A stretch of DNA of 63,483 nucleotides, the filler included, from Hausera hauseri (Eukaryota): NCBI GenBank assembly GCA_046269625.1. It is 11 parts of 11 records of this genome, joined end to end, with 100 filler letters (N's around TTAATTAATTAA, not from the genome) between each part and the next. Parts side by side here need not be neighbours in the genome. Positions count along the whole stretch, not along the records: positions 38,412 to 43,174 come from JBJURY010445357.1; positions 43,275 to 48,341 come from JBJURY010346157.1; positions 48,442 to 53,535 come from JBJURY010337714.1; 8 more parts are not named here. The stretch is one strand, 5' to 3'. Below, piece after piece: positions 38,414-49,222 of the stretch (position 1 is the first letter of the stretch; each line of letters starts with the position of its first letter). A program made the translations under genes and the position numbers. The notes under the pieces are model-generated. The model saw only the letters and a list, made by a program, of their open reading frames with translations. It ran no database searches and was not told where the DNA came from.

Positions 38414-41190
38414 AGAGTTGACGTAAAAGTCACTAAAGCCCAGACATTACTATCCACTCTAGAAGTAAACCCGAAATTAAAGAGAGCAACTCGGAGTCTA
38501 GAACGTACGAAGGATAAAATTAGCTTAGTAACGATTTACCGACTTAGAGAAAAACCGATTAGTGATCGAAGTAATGTCGATTTAGAAATATTGGGTATAG
38601 TCCTAACAGATATCCCTCCCTTAATGGAGATGATTAAACTTACGTTCGCCGTACCTAGACGATATACGAATTTAGAGAATCGTATTAAATTAGTAAATAA
38701 AATACGAGCACAGATTTATGAGTTGAGGAACCGTATTATTTTTCCAAGTCACGAGGATACTCAATATGTAATAAAAGCTTGTATCGTAGAGTTAGACGAG
38801 TACAAGGACGAGTTTAGTTATGTCGGACGAGTTATGAATTTCCTAAAAGGACCGGATGATGCGTTAGAAGATGACTACAAGATGCTAGATAAAGCCATAA
38901 TGGCGAAACCGGTAATCGCAAATCAATTATCGGAATGGTCCGAACTAGTAATGCGACTAACCAGATTGTTAGAAGATTGTAAAACAGAATTTCCGCAAAG
39001 CGATCCAACAGTGAAGAAGCAATTAGAGGAAAGTGCGCACAATTTAGCCACGTTGCGAATAGAAATAGACATCCGTACTCTATTTGAAGCGCTACGACAA
39101 CTAAAATTTATGGAACAGGAACGAGAAGCATCGACAATGGATGAAATCTACAAATTGATCGAAGAAACAAATTTTACGGAGAAACGGAATATGATTCACG
39201 ACGTAAATTAAAGTTACGGATTGTCCGGCTAGACGGGATTCAATATATAACCGGGAAACCAATCGACGAAATTTCTGTACCAGATATTGAAATCTTGGAT
39301 ATTTGCGCCGGATATCGAGATATGTTAACAGATGCAATAAGGTTTCTACACAAACCTAAAGAATGGATGGCCGGATCAGACCAGAACCTCCATACCAAGT
39401 TGATAGAAATCGGAAACGACCCACATTTTAGCTTTCAGGAGCACAAGTTTTTAGAGAAATTGTTGGATGCAATGGACCAGGATTCAAAGGTTATAAATGG
39501 GTTGTATGAGCTAGCCTATCTATTAGTGGAAATGGCAGAAATCAGTGATGAACAGATGAGGCAGTTGATGCCCAAATTACAGAAAGTAGAAGAAACATGT
39601 ATCAAAACGAAACAAAGGGAGACAAGGTTAGATGAAATAACAAAAGAGCTAGAAGTCTATCGGAACAAATATGCTCTTACCGAATCAGAGATTAAGAATA
39701 AACGAGAATTTGTACAAAGATGGCAAAAGGATGTGATTCTTGAATTGACATATTGTCACCAAAAAGGACTTATCGACTCTAACGAATTCGGTGAATTACT
39801 GAAAATGATCCAGTATGCCTGTGGGAATGGAAGAGGATTCCGAACTACGCAAATGAAAGAAATACAACCCAGATTAAAGGAAATTCGGGAAAACATTCAT
39901 AGAGCCAATACAACGTTAGTGGACTACCGATTTCCAGATGTCGGAAACGAACCCGAATGGGATGCATACTTCGATGAGATACTCGCCGGGAAGGCTACGA
40001 CTCCAGTACAACTGAACGAAATAAAAACAGGTCCGCAAAACAGAAGGTTCAACGTGGAGATGCTACTGGATTCAGCGCTAACTGAAAAGGATTTCATTGA
40101 GTTAATTAACGTAAATATTACTGAAAATAAACTTCGACAACTTATCCCTACTCTAACTAAATTATCTAGCGAAAGCACGATCTATTGTACGGTGCCGAAA
40201 CTTTTGATAAGGAAGTACGCTAAAATTTTGAGGGCTAAACCTGCGATGACGATAAAAGTAATGGTGTCATCCGAATGGATGGACGAAACAGAATGCGAGT
40301 TGCCTACATATTCCTACGTAAAGGACGTAAGAGAATGGCTAGTAGACAATAGCGGGACAAATAAGTTAAATTACAGATTTTACTTTAAAAGTAGAATATT
40401 AGATGACTTGGAACAATTGAGAGACGTCGGGATTATTCCCGACGAAACAAATCGGATAGTGGCAGTAATAGTTAACGAACAGACAAAAGAAGAAGCTACA
40501 CGTAAAACTAAATCAGAAAAATGCGAAGGACAAATCACGGGAGTCCGAGACGCCGCCCTGTATTTTGAGTATTTACAAACAGACGAAGATAAGGAACAAT
40601 ACGATATAAACTTAGTACCACTTAGTGAATCAATCACTAAAGGTTTGAGACCGAAACGCCCAGTAGGTCGGCCTAGAAAAGTGCGAGAAGAAATAGATTA
40701 CAACGGAGAGTTAATTAGAGAATTGAGGCAGATGTCGATCCCAACTCTTAGCACAGATAATGAAGAATTAAGCGAATTAATGAAAAATTTAATACGAATT
40801 GTGAATTATTCTAGTTTCCGAGGAGATATGTTGGATGATAAAGAAAAGATCATTTTCGATGCACCCAAAATGATTCGAAACTTGCGTTTTAAACTATCGA
40901 AAAGCAATTTAACTGATGAATCGGTAATGGAAAAGATCATGGTGGAAAACACGAATGAAGAATTGAGAAAAGTATTGCTATACTTAGCTATCAAAATAAA
41001 TCCTAATCAAGAGAGTGAAATCAATCGGGCTATAAGCTTAGCGTGGAGAGCAGCAAAAAGAATGCCTTGCAAAGTAAATTGGGTAAGACTATTTGACAAG
41101 GAAGAGGACAAACGAAATAATAATAAACTCGACGATATGTTGCGTAACCTGACAACATCAGACGTTGGAGGTCGAAAAAACGAATCAAAT
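38414..41190 (+). pseudogene. Large polyprotein region: helical/coiled-coil repeats, ubiquitin-like domain, AT-hook; one frameshift near 39205
   Basis: Open from the contig start. Ubl at 40246-40473 (VKDVREWL...YRFYFKSRILDDLEQLRDVGI), AT-hook RPVGRPRK at ~40657-40680. Continues in frame into the glycoprotein. Confidence 0.65.
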
Positions 41191-43000
41191 TTGCTAATAA
41201 GCTTTCTCACCTTAATAATGCTAATAAAGCACATAAGCGCGATAACCGTATATGATTGTGATAAGGTTAAGTTAGGACAGAGATATTCCTTAATTGATTT
41301 AGAAGTATGCGAGGATGCCAGACCGCACAAACTAGAAACAATATAGAAAAGTTACTTCCTGTATCAACAATAAGAAATGATATCGTTGGATGGAATGGAA
41401 TGTATGCTGAAAAGATCGCGTAGTATTTTTCACTGTGGGTTGATTCATGGACACTCATCTATAATTAAACCAATGACTCCATTAATTCCAATGAACTTAG
41501 AACGACAACACTGCAAACAAGCTAGAGAAAGAGGAAGAATACAATGGGATAGCATGCAATTGGAAATGTAACCCGGAAAAATAATTAGAGCATACAAAGT
41601 AGTAGCTGGAAGGTTGGATATGTATAACGGATATTGTAATGAAGCAGAGTACTATACCGGAAAAGGTTTAGAAACGAAAGTTGTGGTTGTGGATTTCTAT
41701 GAATCAGAAATGCAATCACAGAAGGTGATGTTTCATAGCGTCACTAAATTATACACGGAGAATCAAAAATGTCATTTACAAGACGGAATATATGCTTTTA
41801 GGAGCTCAGTTGCAATATGGGAACCTCCTTCTGCGAGAAATTGTAATTTTATTAAAATCAAAGAACTTAAGTTCAACGAGACTACAGGGACGAGATATGT
41901 GGACAAATCAGAAACTAACTCAAGAACACGCGAAGATGTATCGGAACACCCTAACCTACTATATTAATCTCGGATCCACGTGGACTAAAATTCATAAAAA
42001 AGAGATGATGACCCGTTGTGATGTAGTAATGTTCGCCACAAACTATGAAGAATTCTTTGTGGCTGAAAGGGAAATAAACGCAAAAACTTACAAATTGGAA
42101 ACGCAAGATGTTCGAATCGACGATTACCTGAAAAATAGAGACGATTACTTCTACTACAAAGGACAAGTTGGAATAACGGAATTACACCACAAAATGATAA
42201 TGGATGACTATAAATTGGATACAGAAATCATGAGAACTAAAATGGCTCTTATATATGCAAACCCAGAATTAGCTTCTCCAATAATTTCCATGAGAAAAGG
42301 AATTTTCGGTCGGGTCACAGGCCAAGTACTGCTAACATATGAATGTGAAAAGAGAGAAGTTCTTATCAACGTAGAAGAAAAACGTTGTATCCAGGAACTC
42401 CCTGTTATCAATCAGAATATTCCGAGATTATCTACGCCGTTGACGACAGTGTTGTTGGATAACGTGACACAACCAACCATTCTGAAAGATTGTAAGACGA
42501 GCTTAGGAGAACCAATGTTTAGACGTAGTGAAACAAATTGGGTTAGTTTACCTAATGGAGGTATTACTGCCGCTCCCAACAAGCTAACAGGGATAAATCT
42601 TGCAAAAGGAATTACAGACGATAAATTTCAAGACACCTCGTCAAAAGATATATATAGGCCGAGGGTAATCGAGGCCTTTAGACAATTTCTTGCCTTTCCA
42701 CGACAACGAACACATGAGCTAAATTGAGCTATGGCGTCGGTAGTAGACGACACCTGATATCAGGCTAAATGGAAATCATTACTTGGCGTAAACCATTATC
42801 AGAGGGTGACAACCGAAATACTGTATAAAATTTGGGGAAGATTTTTAATTTTTGGACAAGCCGCATCAGGATTTTTAGCAATGCAGTAATAAACGGATAC
42901 GAAGTATTTACGCTAACCGGATTTTCATGTAAAATTCTGACTGCAATCATAACGCCTTTTGGAAAATTTTTAAAAGCATACGAAGAGAGTAAATGGAAAT
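41191..43000 (+). pseudogene. Chuvirus (Jingchuvirales)-like envelope glycoprotein, disrupted
   Basis: Signal, then VYDC...SLIDLEVC, C...RSIFHCG..GHSS, W.PP....C, MAL...NP......KGIFGRVTGQVLLTYEC, CIQELPV......TP.T.VL, IWGRFLIFGQAASG and INGY....GFS. These follow the order I recall for chuviral G proteins. Several in-frame stops and at least two frameshifts. Confidence 0.8.
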
Positions 43001-43174
43001 CGGACGTAGAACGCCATGTAGGTTATTATAATTGTAAACGAAGAAGGAGACCGATATTCATACGGAAGCGGGAGTCTACAAAACCGAATATACGAAGAAA
43101 TAATTCAGATGATGACGAGCCTAAGGGAGGAGAAGCATTCTCAGGGATGAATAGACATAAGATGTACTCGGTCG

Positions 43175-43274
43175 NNNNNNNNNNNNNNNNNNNNNNNNNN
43201 NNNNNNNNNNNNNNNNNNTTAATTAATTAANNNNNNNNNNNNNNNNNNNNNNNNNNNNNNNNNNNNNNNNNNNN
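43175..43274. other. Artificial contig linker
   Basis: Same 100-bp spacer. Confidence 0.98.
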
Positions 43275-44966
43275 CACAACCCATTGTGGTTTTACCACTT
43301 CATCAACATGTTTGTTTCTGTCAATAGGGCTGACTCCTTCCGGTACAGACATATGGGTGTGGGCTACACAACCGGAACATACGTCGGATGCATAACGGAA
43401 TCGAATGACACATTCTCATGCAGTGTGTATGACTGGACGAAGAGCGACATCACTGTGCCCGGCAGCAAATGTACGTATCTTACGAGGACATACTATCAAT
43501 CGAATTACTCGCTGATTAGTGAGATGCGTGGTACTGGAGACTTCAACATTACTAACAATACCTGGTATACAGTGGTAAGCAAATCATTGGGTGGAAGCAT
43601 TCGATGGGTGCCAACGCATCTTATTGGATCTTTGACAGTGACAGGAGTGAGTTCTTGTGTGTACCTGAATGACACGTTTATTGGTGTAGTCACTCTCACT
43701 TTCGATATCAACGCTATCCAACAATTCATGTCTGCTCATACCAGCGCGTCGGTAGATGTGTCATTTTTGGTTGATGCCCTAGGCTGGATTGTTGCAACCA
43801 CGCACCATGCGCCGTACGCCACCATGACAATAATACCAGCCAATGACACGCGGCCAGTTCCGTCAAACTGTATACGTTCGCATGAGAGTAATGGGCCTGT
43901 ATACCAATACTGTCGCGCCTCAGTATTTGCGTTTCCATATGCACCACTGAACGAGCTGGCTTTGCATTATTCTAATTACACGATGAATGGCACTGATGAC
44001 AACTCTGTGCTACTTCGATTAGGTGGTAATGATTTCTTTGTCTTTGTCAATGACATGCTTCAACTTGACGAGACAATGCCGCGGTGGAAGGTGATTGTGT
44101 TCATTCCGTCAACGAACGTGGATGGTGGGCTGACGTCTGGTAAGGCTGTGCCGATCTCCATTGTGTGTGCTTGTGTTGTTGTCATTGTTGTTGTTTTTGC
44201 ACTGCTTGCGTTCGTACTAACACCTCGAGGTCGGGACAATAAAAATGCTCCGAAGGATGAATCAGCACCCTTCACAATTGTGTTCACTGGTGTGGAGCAC
44301 AGCACTGAGCTATGGACTGAGGTTCCTGATTCGATGGCTGCCGCCATTAAACTACATCATTCTATAATCCGTGAGCTGATTGTGAAGCATCACGGGTACG
44401 AGGTGAAGACGATTGGTGACTCATTCATGATTGCATTTGTGCATGCTGCTGATGCTGTGTTGTTTGCTGCAGATCTTCAGACGACTTTCCTTGCTGATGA
44501 GCGATGGGACGTGTTGATAGATGTTATGTACAGAAGGTTTGCAATGGAGGGTAAGAAGGCATGTGTTGATGGTTCAAATGCGCTTGATGCCTTGACAGCC
44601 AAACTGAATATTGAGGAGTATGCATCGGGATGGCATGGGTTGCGTGTGTGTGTTGGGGTGAACTGTGGATTTGGTGAGGTCAAGAAGGATGTGACGACAC
44701 AAGGCTACGACTACTATGGTCCTGTTGTGAACACTGCCGCTCGTGTTGAGGCGATTGCTCACGGTGGGCAGGTGTTGATCACTCGAGCTGTGAAGGAGCA
44801 CGTTGTCGGAAGCACAAAGAATGTCGAGGCTTTTGACATAATCAATTCTGCAATGTCGCTTGGATCCGTTGCCCTTCGTGGTGTTCCTGAACCTGTGGAT
44901 GTTTACCAGTTGGACATCATCTCTGGACGAGTGTTTCCACCATTAGTGACTGTTACCGCATTCTGA
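43275..44966 (+). CDS. Kinetoplastid-type receptor adenylate cyclase with dCache-like ectodomain (5' partial)
   Basis: APKD..APFTIVFTGVEHSTELW, YEVKTIGDSFMIA, WHGLRVCVG, YDYYGPVVNTAARVE..AHGGQVL. TM precedes the cyclase domain. Intronless and higher in GC than the other contigs. Confidence 0.9.
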   Translation, partial: HNPLWFYHFINMFVSVNRADSFRYRHMGVGYTTGTYVGCITESNDTFSCSVYDWTKSDITVPGSKCTYLTRTYYQSNYSLISEMRGTGDFNITNNTWYTVVSKSLGGSIRWVPTHLIGSLTVTGVSSCVYLNDTFIGVVTLTFDINAIQQFMSAHTSASVDVSFLVDALGWIVATTHHAPYATMTIIPANDTRPVPSNCIRSHESNGPVYQYCRASVFAFPYAPLNELALHYSNYTMNGTDDNSVLLRLGGNDFFVFVNDMLQLDETMPRWKVIVFIPSTNVDGGLTSGKAVPISIVCACVVVIVVVFALLAFVLTPRGRDNKNAPKDESAPFTIVFTGVEHSTELWTEVPDSMAAAIKLHHSIIRELIVKHHGYEVKTIGDSFMIAFVHAADAVLFAADLQTTFLADERWDVLIDVMYRRFAMEGKKACVDGSNALDALTAKLNIEEYASGWHGLRVCVGVNCGFGEVKKDVTTQGYDYYGPVVNTAARVEAIAHGGQVLITRAVKEHVVGSTKNVEAFDIINSAMSLGSVALRGVPEPVDVYQLDIISGRVFPPLVTVTAF

Positions 44967-46247
44967 GGATGTGGCTATTTGGCTGATTGCTATTATGTCC
45001 TTGCGAATTGAATTTATTGCGAGACGTGCAACAGCGTCTTCGGTCGTGGACGGACCGGGGATACCCTGGTGCCGCGCGGAGGTAAAAATATTGCTAGTAT
45101 TTATTAGATGTGTTTTACTGGCTTGACGGTATGGGCAGCACATGTTGATTAGTATATACTGATTATAATGCGACGAGTGATGTCATGGTTGGTTATTGCT
45201 CAGTGACCGTATTACATTGATTTATTAGGGGTGCGTCTTTTGTCGAGGCGCGCTGTGGGGAATGACCATCTGCTGTCCAAGTGGGGCATTATGAGTGCGA
45301 GGATAGAGACTTGCTAGGCATACTATATTCGTCGTCTGGGGTTGTTGTGTATAATGAGTATATGAATAACGAGTGAGCTATTATGTTACATTGAAGTTAG
45401 AGTAATTTAGGAACCATGAAGGTTATCATATGAGGTATTTGTGCTGCTCTTGAGATATTTGTGTCTTATGCAGCTGATTCAGGTACTTTTTTAGGAACAG
45501 TATTACATTACTGTGATTAGCTGAAACTTGTTTTTGTTTAGAGGGATCTGTTTTTTTCCAGCTGCTTTTATGATGTACACTTACCAGCATCCTCTGGTGA
45601 TGCTAAGGTAGTTCAAGAATATCCAGATGAGCTTTTGTATGGGAGTGGTTGTGTTCTGACAGGAGATGGCTGCATATCATGTGAGAACCGTATGCTTGTC
45701 ATTATGTGTTGTGGTGACTAAATTCCATTCTGGCATGTATAATCTTTGCTTCTCCACTATGTTATCACTTATGATTCCTTTGCTTGTTTTGTTATTTAAT
45801 TTACTCTACAAGTGGATCACTGCATATAGCACGTCACTAGTTGAATACCAGACATCTCTTATTCATCTTTATGCTTGCCCTGTGTGGTTTCATGCTTGGA
45901 CACACGTTGTTATAGTTGACTTGCTGTGTGTTTATGGACATGAGCACATCTACAGGTAAGTGGTGTGGCACCCGTTTTGAGGGATTGTGCCTATGACAGC
46001 TGTTTTCAGCCTGGCGTGAGCAACACATCGACTGTGTCTCTGAGCTACATACGGTCAAAGCTGCACCTGAATGCTGACATGCAAGTGTGTTTGCTCCCGT
46101 GCATTGACTAACTACAGATACGTCCAAACGGTGTTCGTTGTTGTGACTGTACAGGACAGTCAGTGTGTGAGATGCGATGCCATGAAAACACAGAAGCGCA
46201 TTACTAGGTCAGCGGCCTGAATACGTGCACATCTGATGCGTTGTCAG

Positions 46248-47564
46248 ATGAAAGAGAAGACAGCTTTTGAGTTGTCCGTCTGAAAAGTGAGACTCAATAC
46301 TGTATTGGCCGTGAGTGTCTGTGCGTTGCTTATTGCTGTCAGTTCCCTGGTTCCCATGATCATTACCCTAGACACATTCACTGTGACTATGCAACCTTCG
46401 ATGTCAAGAGGCGCTTATGCAACATCGAGTGTGTTTCTCACGTACATAGAATATTATTTTTTGTTCCATCCCTTTCAATTTTTAACCAGTCGGGCTAACT
46501 CACTGTCGAGTCCGCCGCATCAACAGGAATGGCGAGACCCCGCACACAACCCATTGTGGTTTTACCACTTCATCAACATGTTTGTTTCTGCCAATAGGGC
46601 TGACTCCTTCCGGTACAGCCATATGGGTGTGGGCTACACAACCGGAACATACGTCGGATGCATAACGGAATCGAATGACACATTCTCATGTAGTGTGTAT
46701 GACTGGACGAACAGCGACATCACTGTGCCCGGCAGCAAATGTACGTATCTTACGAGGACATACTATCAGTCGAATTACTCGCTGATTAGTGAGGTGCGTG
46801 GTACTGGAGACTTCAACATTACTAACAATACCTGGTATACAGTGGTAAGCAAATCATTGAGTGGAAGCACTCGATGGATGCCATTGTATCTCATTGGACA
46901 TTTTGCGGTTGTGGGAGTGAGTGCTGGTGTGTACCTTGATGACACGTTTACTGGCGTACTCACTCTCAGTTTCGATATCAACGCTATCCGACAATTTATG
47001 TCTGCTCATAACAGCGCGTCAGTCGCTGTGTCATTTTTGGTTGATGCCCTAGGCTGGATTATTGCAACCACGCACCATGCGCCGCACGCCACCATGACAA
47101 TAATACCAGCCGATGTCACGCAGCCAGTTCAGTCAAACTGTATACGTTCGCATGAGAGTAATGGGCCTGTATACCAATACTGTCGCGCCTCAGTATTTAC
47201 GTTTCCATATGCACCACTGAACGAGCTGGCTTTACATTATTCTAATTATATGAGGAATGGCACTGGTGACAACTCTGTGCTACTTCGATTAGGTGGTAAT
47301 GATTTTTTTGTCTTTGTCAATGACATGCGTCAAGTTGACGACGCAATGCCGCGGTGGAAGATGATTGTGTTCATTCCGTCAACGAACGTGGATGGTGGGC
47401 TGACGTCTGGTAAGGTTGTGCCGATCTCCATTGTGTGTGCTTGTGTCGTTGTTATTGTTGTTATCATCGTCGTCATGGTAACTGGACGTGTTGGACCGCC
47501 AACTAGTGTCCAACCCCTTAGCCCGCTTCCAAGCAGGATGGGTGTTGCTATGCGGGACTCCTGA
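46248..47564 (+). pseudogene. Paralogous dCache receptor, truncated after the second TM (no cyclase domain)
   Basis: Highly similar to 43275-44190 from 46544 to ~47460. The ATG at 46248 is followed by an in-frame TGA at 46281. N-terminal TM present. Confidence 0.8.
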
Positions 47565-48044
47565 GGCAAATGGCGATGAAAATGTCTGAAGTAGCTGCTG
47601 AGTCTGTTCAGCTTTCTTAACACGAAATGGGTCTTCAAAGTCCTTGTTGGACAGCGCGACCCGTGCGCTGCTGTGGTGAGGCTGGCTGTTATACTGCGAG
47701 CTCTGTGTGCTCGGAGACGAGGATGAAATAGTCGACGCACCTGCAGGATAACCCAGGCCGTGGGCTGGAAGTTTATCAAACGAACGCCGAATGTAGCAAT
47801 GGGAACTGGCCTGCCGCTCTCCTGTAGACAGCAAAGGCGTGGGGGAACCTGGGATATCTTCAGTGTCTTTTGTAGAAGACTGGTGTTGTTGATGATGCTG
47901 CGAGGGATTGCGTTTCATAATGACCTACACTTCAGACTGGCACCTGATGATGATAATAAAAACATTTTCCTAACTGAAAACCTCAGGTAATTCATATTTT
48001 CGTAAAGGTAAATTGAAAACAAATGTTAAAAAAGGATAACAAAC

Positions 48045-48308
48045 CTTCATGCTATAGGCTCTGCGATTGGACGGCTGTACTATAACCTTGACCCCTGACT
48101 TCACAAGTTTCTTAATCTGTTGAGGGGAAAGTGGTGCTCGCCGCTCCCAAACATTCACTGTTTCTCTCCGGACAGCCATAACTGGTTGGTCGCTGGCCCT
48201 GCGTATATGAATACTGGGAAATGCTGACATAATTTTTCCTTTAAGGCAAGCCTTGCTAAATATTGGCAGCACATTCTGTTTAACTGGTGCATAAAGCTGG
48301 GAAACCAT
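48045..48308 (-). CDS. AASS: Alpha-aminoadipic semialdehyde synthase, first coding exon
   Basis: Mitochondrial-type presequence, then [20 protein letters not shown]...[17 protein letters not shown], then a GT donor at 48043-48044. Confidence 0.9.
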
Positions 48309-48341
48309 ATTTCTGACTATCCTTTACTGAATGCTTTGCAA

Positions 48342-48441
48342 NNNNNNNNNNNNNNNNNNNNNNNNNNNNNNNNNNNNNNNNNNNNTTAATTAATTAANNN
48401 NNNNNNNNNNNNNNNNNNNNNNNNNNNNNNNNNNNNNNNNN
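48342..48441. other. Artificial contig linker
   Basis: Same 100-bp spacer. Confidence 0.98.
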
Positions 48442-49222
48442 AATTCTAAGCCATTTTGCGGTTTTAGTGGTTTTCGTGCTTTGTTTGATATGGGTAGGGA
48501 AGTCGATCAAGTTTTGATTTATTTGGCACGATTCTTAGCGCATGCCATTGGGAACAAAGGAACAATTTCCATTTTAATAGGCGAAATTGAGTAATATTTT
48601 GACGTAGTACATGAAAAATAGACTAGGTATATACAAAGGAACAAAGTAGCGCATTAATTTGTTTTTGTTTCACAAATTATTACCTGAGCACCATCAACTA
48701 AAAGGGCCAAGGGCAAAACTCGCGGTGGGCACCACACTAACCCCAAGTGTCTAAGCTGAAAACTATAATGCAAAGAAAGAAAGAAAGGAAACCGCAAAAA
48801 GAAACAGTGTGATTTGTCTATGAGGTTTTTATGTGTAACAGACGTTGTATTCCCTCAATATTTAGTTGTCTAATGTAGGTAATTAATGTCACTGACTTAT
48901 GATGTCTCATTGCTTTTGTGTCTGGCTGCTGGAGTAGTTTGGGAAAAACAATATCAGATTTTGCACTGTTGAGTGTTATGTCCTATTAATGTAAGACAGA
49001 AAAAGGAAAAGAAGTGACTGAAGGTGAATGATTGAAGTTGTCTAGGAAAATACCAGAAGGTAATGAGTTGGAAGAAGTAGGAACAGATTTATGAATAGAA
49101 ATATAATCTGGATTAGTAAGAGGAATAAGATTGGAAGGTGACGTAGATGCAGAAACAGAAACGGGGACAGAAGGAGACGTGGGAGCGAGAAAGGAAGTTG
49201 CTGTTTTAATTGTAAAAGTGTC

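Noticed and set aside
47470-47940. DIRS/VIPER-like remnant on the minus strand
   Set aside because: Only vague resemblance (GVRLINF, LRKLNR) and no diagnostic motif.
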